A stretch of DNA of 64,000 nt from Octopus vulgaris (taxonomy: Eukaryota). The stretch covers positions 81,530,001-81,594,000 of the forward strand of contig OX597817.1 in assembly GCA_951406725.2 (NCBI GenBank), in the 5' to 3' direction. The notes beneath the pieces were generated by a model, which was given only the letters and a program-made list of their open reading frames with translations, was not told the DNA's origin and ran no database searches. A program made the position numbers and the translations under genes. Numbering within the stretch: the first letter of the stretch is position 1; each line of letters begins with the position of its first letter. This document shows positions 28,939-42,863 of the stretch, piece by piece.

Positions 28939-29401
28939 TACAGCATCATGAACGTACGACATTTCTTATGGATGTATGGTAGAATGTTGATTAAACTAAC
29001 AACGTAAATCGAATAAACTGGGGCATATATTGGAATTAAATGTCGCGGAGGGTAGAATAAATAAATAAATAAATATTTGTTGAAACCATCGTCATATCTA
29101 GAAACATCAGCAACAGACTTTCTGGTTTTGTAACTAATGCTTAATGTCACAGAATCTGGTCTGGGTAGCTACCAGTTCTGGTGTAATATACAGATATAGA
29201 AAGATAACAACATAATAAATATATTTAACAAATACTACAGAATATTACAATATCCTCGTGAAATATTGTAATATTTACAGGGAAAAGGGAGGCTGTTTTA
29301 TCGATATGTTTGTCAAGTAACACACTATCATATACACAGCTACATCTAGAATTGTTTTTTCTCTAATTCGGTTTATATATATATATACACAAACACACAT
29401 A

Positions 29402-29444
<43 letters not shown>

Positions 29445-29740
29445 TACACAGGGGTGGAATCCCCTTCACCCTGGTAAATACCATGGTTGACACCCTCGCT
29501 AATCGTTGTTGATAATGATGACAAATGAGAAACATTCTGTTCGTTTAACAACAACCTTGCAACAGACGACATTTATAATTGTGAACATGGCAAAGCTCCC
29601 ATCTACACATTTTCTGTTGATATTCCTTTGAATGTTGCTCATGGCAGCTGTCAAGAGATCTAACTGTAAAGAGATTTATCGGATGGTTTGTACCCAGCTT
29701 TCAGCAAAGAAATCAATACTACATATATATGTGTATATAT

Positions 29741-29781
<41 letters not shown>

Positions 29782-30190
29782 TAGGCAAACGTATTTTTTA
29801 AAGCCAAATGATAATATTTGCAATGAACTGTTTAATGATTTCTTGTCGAACAGGTGAGGTGTATGTTTATGAGAAGTTCTAAGGAATTAACCTAAAAATA
29901 AAATACTGGAACATTACAAGCGAAAGATACATAATATTTTCGATATATTTGAATAAAATGATAATAACTGTCTGCATTTGTTGGAAATTGAAAATTTTTT
30001 TGTTCTAAAAAATGTCTTTAAAAACTGAAGCTAATCTTTTATATAAATCATCTGCTAGATACAGCTACCCCCACAGTCTATGAGAGGAATTACTGTAGGG
30101 AATTTGATTAAAATTAAATCAATTTTTTCAGGGTGTAATTATCAAGAAATGTTGTCAGAAAACCTAAGTAAAATAAAGAACGAACTGTCA

Positions 30191-30406
<216 letters not shown>

Positions 30407-30481
30407 TCAGAAAATAAGTCACAAGTCTGTCAGTGCGGCGGTCAGGAATAGAAAACAGCTTAAACCACCATCACAGACTGA

Positions 30482-30496
30482 TGACATCACTTCCGG
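30482..30496 (-). promoter_or_regulatory. Overlapping ETS-CRE-like promoter motif CCGGAAGTGATGTCA upstream of VPS45
   Basis: TGACATCACTTCCGG lies about 112 bp upstream of the ATG, one mismatch from CCGGAAGTGACGTCA. Confidence 0.55.
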
Positions 30497-33400
30497 ATCC
30501 AACCTCAACATTTAATTCTTCAAGCGTCAATTTACCTTACTGTTTAATCATCATGGAATTATGAATAATAAAGGATTATTTGGGAATCTTGCTAATTAAT
30601 CACACATAAGTGAACAGTTTTCAACGTCGACTCCTTATTTCTCCTGCTGTTGTTGCTATTGTTGTCGTTGCTGATGGCGGTGGTCGTTTATTATATATTG
30701 CATGTAACAACGAAATTTGTATTAATTACTATTTAAATGCTCATGTTTCGTGTATTAAATGCCAATTGCCTCAATTTAAATTTATTCGAGAATGAAGAAA
30801 TGAAACCTCGACTTCAGTTTCGTGATTCCACCTCTTGTTCATACAACCGTTTTCAATCTTAATGATTTTTCTTTTTCTTTTTTTTTTTTTTTTAGCTGGC
30901 AAGTTGCTTAGATGTCAATAAGCTGATTCCCACGCTCTTAAATTACACTTTCAATCTTCAATGATGATGAAAGTCTTTTACTTTTACCCGTTTTTAAGTA
31001 ATATATCTGTGTCCGATCGCAGATTGCTCGGAATGACTTGATTTTTTGTTTTTCAATTATAAGAGAAATACTCGTTAGCTTCTGTAGGATCTCCTAAACA
31101 ATAAGCTATATCATTGCGCCTGATGTTGGAAATAGACTTCTATGTTTCGTAGTATTTTGGGAAAACTTAGACAAGATACGAATACTAAATATTAGTAGCA
31201 CAAGAAATGATTAATCAAAGCCACACAGTCAAGTGAGTGAAATAGAGCAGGGATGACGTGACGAAGAAAACAAAAGGACAACAGGTGGGCCAAGCCAGCA
31301 GTGTCATCTAGTTTGTTAATTCAAGAGAGCAGGTGCAGTTACTATTTTTATTTTACTTAGTTCTTAATTACTGGAGAAAAATACAGTGCTCATAGCCTTT
31401 GCAGGTTCTCTGATATGAGTGAAATTGATGCTATTAATCTTCTGGTTAAACTTATTACAAGTCAACATCAACAGGAAAGATATGAGCTGGGTAGGAGTTC
31501 CAGCAGGTTAACTACTGGGAAGAAAGGACAACAATTTAATAATAAATAATTAGGGCAGGACCTGGGGTGGGCACAGTACAGGTGATGAGTCAATTGAAAT
31601 GCCAACCAACTCCAAAGAACAAAGATCATTATAGTTAAGATAGACAATACAGATAAGGGAAACAGCATAATTGAGGACCAGAGGCTGGAATATGCCCATG
31701 GGTCAGTGGGCTTTCTCTAGATACAGTGTAGAACGTCTGTAGGTACAGCAATGGCACTGTACTGGATGTAGTTGCATTACACCTTTGTGGACCTCACCAG
31801 CATTTTATAGAATTAGTGGCATCGGTAGTGTGTACTGTCCAATGAAGGCTTCTTTCACAGGCTTATATGGCAAGTCAAAAAGCGCTGCCTGAGGCAAACC
31901 CCTCCCACCCAGCTATGCTACTGTGTAGAGCAGGCATAGGCAACCTTTGTTGAAAAGTGAGCCACACGAGACGGCTCATTTTCAGGTGGGCAACACTATT
32001 AAAAACATTCAAGGTAATTTTTCATTAGGCATGCTATTTAGAAAGTCTTGCAGGCCACAGATTGTTCGTGAGTGTCAGCAATTGTTTGGGGCTGAAATAT
32101 TTTCTGACCCTACAAAGAAGGGCCAATCTTTGGGTTGCTGATGTTGCTGTTATTGTTATTTAGCTCCAGATCTTCCTTGATTATACAGATTTATGATTAA
32201 AAGTATTGAAGGTATGGTTTTAAGATTATTTTACCCCCACATATCCCTTAACACATGTTCTTCATTATATTTTCTCCCTCACCCACTTCACATCTCTAAC
32301 CATCTTGCGCTGTCCCCAGCACATCTCCCTCACTATACTCCGGGGCAATACCTTTTTCCATTTTGTCTGCTGGTGCCATGAGAAATGCTTCTATATTGTG
32401 AGAAGCAAGATTCTCCATTAATCCATCATGCACACTATAAACTTGTTGAAGGATTAGGCTAACTTCATCTCATTCTTCATCTTCTTCAACATTAGCCAAC
32501 ACATAGATTGACATTTCCCCTGTCTGAAATGGAAAATGTCAGTGAAACTGTAATATGAACTGGGCGGTATGTTGTACTTGTGAAAACCTGTTGAGCTGAG
32601 TGAAATCATAGTCGTGGCCAATGCCAGTGCTATCTGACTGGCACCTATGCTGGTGATATGTGAAATGCACTGTTTGAGCATTGAGCTTCATGGAGGCAGT
32701 GACAGGTGACCAAGATCTTTGGTGATACACCGTGCTTGTATAGACCTGTGGTCAAGTGAGACCGTAATCGTGGCTAATGCCAGTGTCAGGTAAATGGCAT
32801 GTAAAAATCACCCACTACACTCTTGGAGTGGTTGGTGTTAGGAAGGGCATCCAGCCATAGAAACCTTGCCAAATAAGATCGGAACCTGGTGCAGCTCCCC
32901 ATCTGATCAGTTTCCAGTCAAACTGTCAAAACTATACCAACATGGAAAGTGGACATTAAATGATGATGGTGAATGCTAGTGATAAACATTAATCCATCAA
33001 GGTTTTTGTGCAAATTCCATATCCACTTCATACAAACTCCTACCCACCAGCTCTCCCTGTTCTGCTGTCCCTACTCACTTCTACACACCTTGTACCTTCT
33101 ACCCTGATATCCCATCACCATTACTTTATTTCTTTCCTGCACGTCTGACTTCTCTTTTTATAAAGTGAGTATCCATGTTGTTCTTTGCCAGCAAGAAATA
33201 ACCGCTTCTGTTCTAGCAGATTCTTGCATACTTTAATCCCTTATCTCCTGGCATAAAGTTACTCCCCTTGAGGTTCTTAGTCTTACAAACTCCATGGCAA
33301 CCTCACAAGTGCTGTTAGTATGAAAATAGTACCTAGTACACAGTGTAAAATGGTTGGCATTTAGAAGGGAGTTCAGCCTTTGAAACTGTGCCAATGCAGA

Positions 33401-33812
33401 TACTGGAGCATAATGCAATCCTTGGACCTATCAGATCCTGTCAAAATGTCCAACTTGTGCCACCATGGAACATGGATATTAAATTATGAGGATCCAGTGC
33501 ATCCTTCTTTTATAAAAGGTTGCTGCCATTTGAGAGAAATATGGCTGTTATTTTTAGCCAATTGACCAATGTTATTCTTTCTTCATTATATAAGTATCTA
33601 TGGTTAACTTTTTGATGTTCATTAACTATATTGGGTATTTTTTGACAAGTGGGCACCTGTGGATTTTCCATCAGTGGTAACTGGTCAGTTTTATTATAAA
33701 TTACACACATATTTAAAGAGATATATTAAATAAAATATGTGTCCCTTTTCTTTAATTGACAAATAATAAAATTTATGGACAAAATGTGGATATATGTGTG
33801 TATGTATGTCTC

Positions 33813-33858
<46 letters not shown>

Positions 33859-33869
33859 TAAATATATAT

Positions 33870-34232
33870 ACTAGCACTATGACCCAGCATTGCCAGGTCA
33901 TAGTGCTAGTGCATGATTATACAGCTGTATGTGTCTGCACATACACGCGAGTACTGTCCAAATCTCCTCCCAATCACATACTGCTAGCTGGCATTCAATT
34001 GGCGTATCAAGTTTCGGGTATTTTGATTGGATTTTGGATAGAAAATTCACAAAAAAGTCACTTCTATTGATTTTTTAATGGCTTTGTGGGGTGACTGGAG
34101 AAATGCAAAAATGTGCACGACCACCCTTGGACGGTTTTGAATGACCATAGAAAGTGCGAGCCCTCTAACTGAAAAATTGTGGATTTGTATAAAGGATACA
34201 CACAGACAGACATTTTGCCGTTTATATATATA
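33870..34232 (+). mobile_element. Putative non-autonomous Helitron-like element
   Basis: 5' hairpin CTAGCACTATGACC...GGTCATAGTGCTAG and 3' ACAGACAGAC...TTTATATATATAGA; similar end architecture at 43262-43590. Confidence 0.4.
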
Positions 34233-34654
34233 GAGGTATGTGTATATATATACACACATATATATGTGTGTATATTTATATATATGTGTGTGTGTGTATA
34301 TATACATATGTGTGTGTATGTATATATATATATATGTATGTATATATATATATATGTGTGTGTATGTGTTTATATATATATCCATGCTAGTGACATGTAC
34401 AGGCACTTGTGCCAGGGACATGTTAAAGGCACCTGTGCCAATGACACATGAAAGACACCAGTACACTCTTTAAAGGCATCCAGCCAGAGAAACCAAGCCG
34501 AAACAGACAACTGAAACCTGGTGCAGCTCTCTGGCTTACTAGCTCCAGTCAAACCATCTAACCCATGCCAACATGGAAAACACACTTAATGATTATGATG
34601 ATGATGATGATAATGTGTGTGTGTGTGTATCTATATAAACACACATGCATACAG

Positions 34655-35050
34655 AGACATGGCTCCCCAATCACATATTCCTGTGTTCAGTCCCACTACA
34701 AAGAATCTTGGGCAACTGTCTTCTACTATAGTCCCATGCTGACCAAAGCCTTATGCATGAATTTGGTAGATAAAAAATTAGAAGAAACCTATCATATATA
34801 TATGTACGTGTGTTTGTTAGTTTCCTTGACTTGACATCATGTGATAGTTGTAAACAAGTTCCACTGTCATGCAAGTTGTGTTCTTCATTTCTAATCTTAC
34901 ATGAAAACATGTCTGGTCATGGGGGAAATGTTACCTTACTTGGAAAAAGATGAGGGTTGGTGACAAGAAGGATATCCAGCTGTAGAAAATTCTTCTTAAC
35001 AAATTTTGTCCAGCCCATGCAATCATGGAAAAGTGTATATTAAACCTACA
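34655..35050 (+). mobile_element. CORE-type SINE with RTE-like 3' tail
   Basis: GGGCAACTGTCTTCTACTATAG...GAATTTGGTAGA core, ending ...GAAGGATATCCAGCTGTAGAAA...CCCATGC..CATGGAAAA like the RTE 3' ends. Confidence 0.65.
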
Positions 35051-35106
35051 ATGATATACATATATGTATATGCTTATATATACTTACAAACATGTGTGTG
35101 TATATA

Positions 35107-35136
<30 letters not shown>

Positions 35137-35137
<1 letters not shown>

Positions 35138-38100
35138 CATCATCATCATCATCATCATCATCGTTTAACGTCCGTTTTCCGCGCTAGCATGGGTTGGACG
35201 GTTCGACCGGGGTCTGGGAAGCCAGGGGCCGCTCCAGGCTCCAGTCTGATCTGGCAGAGTTTCTACGGCTGGATGCCCTTCCTAACGCCAACCACTCCGC
35301 GAGTGGAGTGGGTGCTTTTTACGTGCCACCTGCACAGGGGCCGGGGGGGTCCGGCATCGGTCACGATCGGTTCGAGCTTTTAACGTGCCAGCGGCACGGG
35401 AGCCAGCCAAGGCGGCGCTGGCAACGTTCGGATGGTCTTACCGGCACAGAGGCCAGTCGGGGCAGCGCTGGCATCGGCCACGTTCGGATAGTACTTTTTA
35501 TGTGCCACCGGCACAGGCATCATAACTTCTATTTCCATTGATATTTATTTCGATGTTCATGTTCATGTACTTGACTCAACAGATCTCCTTAGGCACAGCA
35601 GGACGATCTGGGATCCGGGGTACTTTGAATGGGCAGGGGCTATGTGGAACTGATGCAGGAAGCAGCCCGGGTCTTTGCAGTCACAGCATATCTCCAGAGA
35701 TCTCGGTCCTTCGCCATTGCCTCAGTGAGGCCCAATGCTCTGAGGTCATGCTTAACTACCTCATCCCATGTCTTCCTGGGTCTACCTCTCCCCCTGATAC
35801 CTTCAACTGTTTGGGAGTGGCACTTCTTCACACATCTCTCTTCATCCATCCGCAGCACATGACCATACCAACGCAAGCGTCGCTCTTGCACACCACATCT
35901 GATGCTTTTTATATCCAGCATTTCTCTCAGGATGCTTACACTCTGTCGTGCGTGCACACTGACACTACACATCCAGCGGATCATGCTAGCTTCATTTCTT
36001 TCAAGTCTACGCATGTCCTCTGCAGTCACAGCCCATGTTTCATTACCGTGAAGCATGGCAGTTCGCACACATGCATCATACAATCTACCTTTCACTCTGA
36101 GGGAGAGACCCTTTGCCGCCAGTAGGGGTAGGAGCTTTCTGAACTTTGCCCAGGCTATTCGTATTCTAGTGGTGATACTCTCTGTTCATCCACCTCCGCT
36201 ACTAACTTGGTCACCCAGGTAGCGGAAACTATCAACTACTTCTAGTTTCTCTCCCTGGAGTGTGATGGAATCTGTTTTCTGAGTGTCTGTTGTGTCTATT
36301 GCCCCTGTGCATCTGCCGCACATGAAAGCCATCTTATCTGTTAATTTCCCTTTAATGTTGCTGCACCTCTTATGCGTCCATAGCTTACATTGGGTGCATC
36401 TTATGGAGTTTCTACCTGTACCTTTCCTACAGATTGAGCAGGGCCACCTACCCGAGGGGGTGTGTGCTGAGTACGCCTTGCTGCTTACTATTACTTTGGT
36501 TTTTGCTACATTTACTCTAAGGCCCTTTGATTCTAACCCTTGCTTCCACACCCGAAATTTCTTTTCTAGTTCCGGTAGTGAATCTGCTATGAGAGAGCTC
36601 CCATAGAGGAGCTCCCAGGGGCATCCCGTTTTGAATTCCTCTGTTATTGCCTGGAGGACTATGATGAATAAAAGGGGACTGAGGGCTGAGCCCTGGTGCA
36701 CACCTACTTCTACCTGGAATTCTTCACTATATTCGTTGCCAATCCTAACCTTGCTGACAGCCTCTCTGTATAGAGCCTGTACAGCCCTTATTAGCCATTT
36801 GTCAATCTCCAGTTTCCGCATCGACCACCAGATAAGGGAACGGGGAACCCTGTCAAAGGCTTTCTTCAAGTCCATAAAAGCTATGTAGAGGGGTTTATCT
36901 TTAGCTAGGTACTTCTCCTGCAGTTGTCGGACCAGGAATATAGCATCAGTGGTGCTTCTACCTGGTACAAAACCGAACTGCATTTCATCTAAGCAAATTC
37001 TCTCCCTAATGAGATGGGTTATGACCCTCTCTGAGACCTTCATCACCTGGTCCAACAGTTTGATACCCCTGTAGTTATTTCTATCTAGAGCATCACCCTT
37101 ACCCTTGTAGCAGTTGACTATGGTGCTGCTGCGCCAGTCATTGGGTATGACTCCATTGTGAACTACCTGGTTTACAATGCGGGTGACTATGCCATAGCCC
37201 ACATAGCCAGCTGTTTTAAGCATCTCAGCAGTGATTCCTGATGGGCCGGGGGCTTTGCCTGGTTTCATATCCTTAATTGCCTTATCTACAAGGGAGCTGT
37301 CTATTCGGGTAGCTGGTCCCTCTACTGGGTCAACATTTGGCAGGCTCTCCTCCTCCCATTCATTCTCCTCGTTCAGCAGTCTTTCATAATGGCTTCTCCA
37401 AGCCTCTTTCTTTTCACTAACAGTAAAAGCAAGTGCCCCATCATCCATGCGGACACATTTCTCTCCTGTAACATCACTATTTTCTCTGACACACTGTCTG
37501 GCAATCCGAAATACCTCAGCTCTTTGGTCCTCGCGTCGCTGGACATTGGCAAACTTCTTCTTTTCTGCTACATCTTTGGCTATGTATACCTGCCGCCCAG
37601 CCTCCCTTTTGGCTACCTGGTACAGTTCCCTGCTGCCCCCATCCCTCCAGGCTTTCCAGGCCCGTCTCTTTGCACTAATGGCTTTATCTACTGCACTATT
37701 CCACCACCACGTAACTCTAGGTCTGGAAGGGACTTTGCACCATCCACAGACTCGGTCTGTGGCACTCAGCAAGCTGTCCCGTAGGAATTCCCAGCTACCT
37801 TCTATGTCTGACGTCTGAAGCTCCTCCTCCCTCTCATCAAATTTCTTGATGAGTATGTCCCTAAATTTCTGACCATGTGAAGGGTTCTTTAGCCTCCAAA
37901 TCCTTCTTTTCTGGATTGGTTTGTTTCTTGGAGTCCTTCTGGCCTCAAGCTTAAAGTCACTGATGATTAGTCTATGCTGAGGGATACATTCTTCACCCGG
38001 GAGGGTCTTTGTATTCAAGAGCAACCCTGCATCCCACTGTCTGGTGAGGATGAAGTCTATTTGGCTAGCGGAGTCTCCTGACTGATAGGTTATAAGGTGG

Positions 38101-38998
38101 CAGACTGGCTTCTTGAAGTTAGTGTTGCAGATTGAAAGGTTACATGCATCACAGAATTCCAGCAGTCTAGTTCCCTCATCATTTCTGGTGCCAATACCAT
38201 GGCCACCGTGTACCCCAGTGAAGATACCCGATTCCCGCCCAACATGCCCATTAAAATCTCCACCCACAAAGATGAGGTCCTTGCCACTAGTCTTTGAAGT
38301 AGCCTGTAGAAGGGTATCATAAAAGTTGTCCTTCTGATCATTTGGTAGTCCTGCTTGTGGGGCATAGGCGGAGATAATTGTAGCTGTGCCACTCTGTAGG
38401 ACCAACCTGAGCTTAAGCACTCTATCGCAAACCCTGACAACCTCTATGACCTTATCCACCCATTTCTCCGCAAGGAGAATGCCTACACCCCCTACACCTT
38501 CCACATTACCTTGCCAGAAGAGTTTGTACCTAAGTGCCTTGCCTGTGAGGACCCTAGCTGAAGCACCTCTCCATCTTACCTCTTGTATGCAGCATACATC
38601 AACCTGTCTTCTCTCTAGCATCTCTACAATCTCACTAGACCTGCCTGTCAATGTACCAACATTGATAGTGCCAACTCTGAAAACTGGGAAGGAGATGTGG
38701 GGGGGAGGAGGGCAATTCAGCGCCTGAGAAGAGGAGGGTTGTTGTGGTGGTGATAGTTTTCGTGGCATTTTTCTTCTGATCTCTCTTCCGACCTGACAAC
38801 ATTCAAGCATTGTAGGCATGTGGACCCTACCGTGGGCAGGAGTTGGTGTTAGCAGTGTTGTAGGCATAAGCATTAAGGTCATTCGTTATCGTCACTGAGT
38901 AACGTAATTAGGCAGCGTAGTAAGGAGGAAAAACACAGATATTCTAGAGTTGAGTTGGGGGGGGGTCCAGCTGAGAAAGGTTCCACCAGTGAGAAGAG

Positions 38999-39002
<4 letters not shown>
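35137..39002 (-). mobile_element. Apparently full-length but dead RTE LINE (APE endonuclease + RT + PHD-like finger)
   Basis: 898-aa ORF with APE motifs (NV, QE, GDFNGH, IDFIL, QHR) and RT. In-frame TGA at 36186-36188; YADD destroyed; (TA)n on both flanks; (GAT)n tail. Confidence 0.95.
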
Positions 39003-39045
<43 letters not shown>

Positions 39046-39064
39046 TATATATATACATATATAA

Positions 39065-39689
39065 ATATCATAGTTGTGGCAGATGCCAATGTCACATAAT
39101 TGGCACGGGTGCCTGTAGCACATAAAACACATTATTTGAGCATTGGGCCTCACAGAGGCAATGTGGCCAATGCCAGTGTCGTGTAACTAACATCTGTGCC
39201 AGTGGGACATAAATAGCACCCTTCAAGCATTGGGTCTCAGAGACAATATAGCTAATGCTGGTGTCATGTAACTGGCATCTGTGTTGGTTGCACATAAGAA
39301 ACACCTTTTGAGCATTGGGCCTCATAGAGGCAATGTGGCTTATGCTGGTGTCACATAACTAGCACCTGTGCCAATAGCATGTAAAAAGCACCTTTTGAGT
39401 GTTGGGCATCACAGAGGCAATGACAAATGACCAAAACCTTTGGCAATATTCCATGCTTGAGTAGAAGACCCATCAAACTAAATGAAATCTTAGTCAGAGC
39501 AGATACTGGTGTCACGCAACTGGCATGTTGTAGCACCGATTACACTCTTGGAGTGGTTGGTGTTAAGAAAGGCATCCAGCCATTGAAACCATGCCAAATC
39601 AGACTGGAGTCTGGTGCAGCCCCTCGGCTTACTAGCCCTGGTCAAACCATGCCAGCATGGACAACAGGTGTTAAAAGATGATGATGATG

Positions 39690-39690
<1 letters not shown>
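39065..39690 (+). mobile_element. Old RTE-type 3'UTR tandem subrepeats and tail
   Basis: About five degenerate ~85-bp units (GCCAGTGTC..GTAACTGGCA...GAGCATTGGGCCTC), then GGAGTGGTTGG...CATGG...GATGATGAT. Confidence 0.7.
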
Positions 39691-39727
<37 letters not shown>

Positions 39728-39966
39728 GGAGAGAGGCACACACACACACATATATACACACACACATAATTAGGGTAGGACCTGATGTGGACTCAATACA
39801 GGTAATGAGTGAATTGACTGTGTCTAAGTGAAGAGTGTTTAAGTGGAGAAGATGCAAGATCAACCAACTCCAAAGAACAAATACCATTATAGTATGCTGT
39901 TTCCTTTTTCTGTTTCAAGTCTCTAAAAGAGATACCAATAGTAATGATACTAAAGAAGTAGTGCTT

Positions 39967-40770
39967 ATTGCCCCTTCAGCATGGCTGTTCCACAAAGAAC
40001 TGTATTACATTTTAAACTCAAGAAAACGTCTTTTCCAGCTGGTTAATGACATGTAACTTGTGTCTCATATATTGCGAGTAAGGGAGCAAACTACACCCCT
40101 CAAGTGTGACAAAACCAGACTGGTTTCTGGGTGCCTACATGTCCTCACACTGAAGTGGCAACAAACATTACTGTTTAGTGTCATTACTACTGGTATCTCT
40201 TTTAGGCGATTAAGGCAGAGAGCTGGCAGAAACGTTAGCAGGCCGGGCGAGATGCTTAGCGGTATTTCGTCTGCCAATACGTTTTCAGTTCAAATTCTGC
40301 CGAGGTCGACTTTGCCTTTCATCCTTTCGGGGTCGATAAATTAAGTACCAGTCACGCACTGGGGTCAATGTAATCGATTTAATACCTATGTCTGTCCTTG
40401 TTTGTCCCCTCTATGTTTAGCCCCTTGTGGGTAATAAAGAAATAGGTATCTCTTTTAGAGATTTTAGAACTTACTATTTTAGCTTGTTGCAAGATCAGTG
40501 ATTGATTGTTGCTTATTTGTGTTATATTCTGTGGGTGGGGATGAATGACTGCCATCTCTAGCAGGCAGGCATCCAGTACTGAAGACAGGTAGGCACCCAA
40601 AAACCAGTCTGGTCTACTGGTCTTGTCATGCTGGAGGGGAGTGGTTCACTCCCTTACTCACAATATATCAGACACATGCTGTGTATCATTAACCAGCTGG
40701 AAAAGACGTTTTACCTGAGGTTAAAATGTAGTAACATAGTTCTTTGTGGAACAGCCATGCTGAAGTGGCA
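39967..40770. repeat. MITE-like foldback with ~190-bp degenerate arms, interrupted by a SINE
   Basis: TTCAGCATGGCTGTTCCACAAAGAACT...AAAACGTCTTTTCCAGCTGGTTAATGA at 39974-40049 is mirrored at 40685-40763; 40060-40152 is mirrored at 40574-40676. Confidence 0.75.
40206..40444 (+). mobile_element. Young tRNA-like SINE with 14-bp TSD
   Basis: GGTATCTCTTTTAG at 40192-40205 and 40445-40458; CpGs are retained. Confidence 0.85.
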
Positions 40771-41032
40771 ACAAACATAACTATATATATATATATATAC
40801 ACATATATATATGTATATATATATGTGTGTATATATATATATATAATAATTATTATTTCAGGGAATAAAATCCAAACTTACAAAGAAAAAGAATTCAATT
40901 TAGAAATACTTAATCTTTACTTTTTAATTGTTATTTTAATTTTAACTTTTCTATTATATGTAATTTTCTAGATGGTGTAATTTAATTATTCATTTTGAAT
41001 TGATAAAAGGTGGTTTTATTCTAATATTTTAC

Positions 41033-41064
<32 letters not shown>

Positions 41065-41225
41065 ATAGCTGAAATTGCAAGGATGATCTGGTTCTTGACT
41101 GAAGATAAAAGGCTTCGAATGACTTGTCCTTGTTTCTTTTGTATCGTCTATCTGGATGTTTTGTTGTCCCTTTTTGTATCACCTAGTTGTCCGGATGTTT
41201 TGCGTTCCTGTCCTATTTTGTATTT

Positions 41226-41276
<51 letters not shown>

Positions 41277-41319
41277 TATATAGATATATATATATCATCA
41301 CATCATCATCATATACATC

Positions 41320-42250
41320 ATCATCATCATCATCATCATCATCCGTTTTCCATGCTGGCATGGGTTGGAAAGTTTTATTGGGGACTGGCAAGCCAGGATG
41401 CTGCACCAGGCTCCAATCTGATCTGGCAATGTTTCTACAGCTAGATGCCCTTCTTAATGCCAACCACCCTGAGAATGTAGTGGGTGCTTTTTACGTGCCA
41501 CTGACACAGGAGCCAGTCAGGCAGTACTGGCATCAGTCACGTTTGGATGGTGCTTTTTACATGCTACTGGCACAGGAGCCAGTCAGGGAAGGGGGGTGCT
41601 ATCATTGACCATGTTCAGATGGTGCTTTTTTATGTGCCACCAGCACAGGGAGCTAGTCAGGTGACACTGGCAACGACCCACGCATGAATGGTGATTATTG
41701 CATTCCACCAGCATGACAGCCAGTCAGGCAGCACTGGCATTAGCCACAACTACAATTTCCATTTTGATTTTGATTTGATTGAGATTCTGATAGTGATTTT
41801 GATTTTGATCTTTGATTTTACTTGACTCAATAGGTCTCCTCAAGCATGGCATATCATCTGTCGATTCAAAACCACTTTTTAAATGGGCTGGTTATGCAAC
41901 ACTGGTATAGGCTGTGACTGTGATCTCACTTTACTTGCCAGGTCTTCTCAATCACAGCATATCTCCAGAGGTCTTGGTCTCTTGTCATTGCCTCTGTGAG
42001 GCCCAACTTCCAAAGATCGTACTTCACCACCTTATCCCATGTCTTCCTGGGTCTCCCACTTCCACAGGTTCCTTCCACTGCTAGGGAGTGACACTTCTTC
42101 ACACAGCTCTCCTCATCCATACACATCACATGACCATACTAGAACAGTCGTCTCTCTTGCACACTACATCTGATGCTTCTTATGTCCAACATCTCTCTCA
42201 GGGTACTTACACTCTGTTGTGTGTGCACACTGACATTACACATCCAGTGG
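41320..42250 (-). mobile_element. Older RTE LINE 3' fragment
   Basis: ORF 41926-42129 (GRPRKTWD), 3'UTR repeats and (GAT)n tail. Confidence 0.85.
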
Positions 42251-42361
42251 ATCTCATATATATATATATATACATACATACGTGTGTGTGTGAGAGAGAG
42301 AAAGTGTGTGTGTGTGTATCTATATATATATAGATAGATAGATAGATAATGTATATGTATG

Positions 42362-42399
<38 letters not shown>

Positions 42400-42700
42400 T
42401 CATCATCATCATCATCATCATCATTTAGCATCCGCTTTCCATGCTAGCATGGGTTGGACGGTTCAACTGGGGTCTGTGAAGCCAGAAGGCTGCATCAGGC
42501 CCAGTCTGATCCGGCAGTGTTTCTACGGCTGGATGCCCTTCCTAACGCCAACCGCTCCGTGAGTGTAGTGGGTGCTTTTTACGTGCCACCCGCACAGGTG
42601 CCAGACGGAGCTGGCAAATGGCCACGAACGGATGGTGCTTTTACGTGCCACCGGCCTGGGGGCCAGGCGAGGCTGGTGTATATATATATATACAACGGAT
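42400..42700 (-). mobile_element. RTE 3'UTR-only fragment in (TA)n
   Basis: Nearly identical to 23706-23980. Confidence 0.85.
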
Positions 42701-42712
42701 GGTGTATATATA

Positions 42713-42863
<151 letters not shown>

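Noticed and set aside
30610-30900. Divergent gene sharing the VPS45 promoter
   Set aside because: Only a short ORF with no recognisable similarity and an isolated polypyrimidine-AG; no supporting exon chain.
36186-36188. In-frame TGA at a Cys position of the RTE ORF as possible selenocysteine or readthrough
   Set aside because: Other copies have TGT or TGC here and this copy also lacks YADD, so a simple nonsense mutation is the best explanation.
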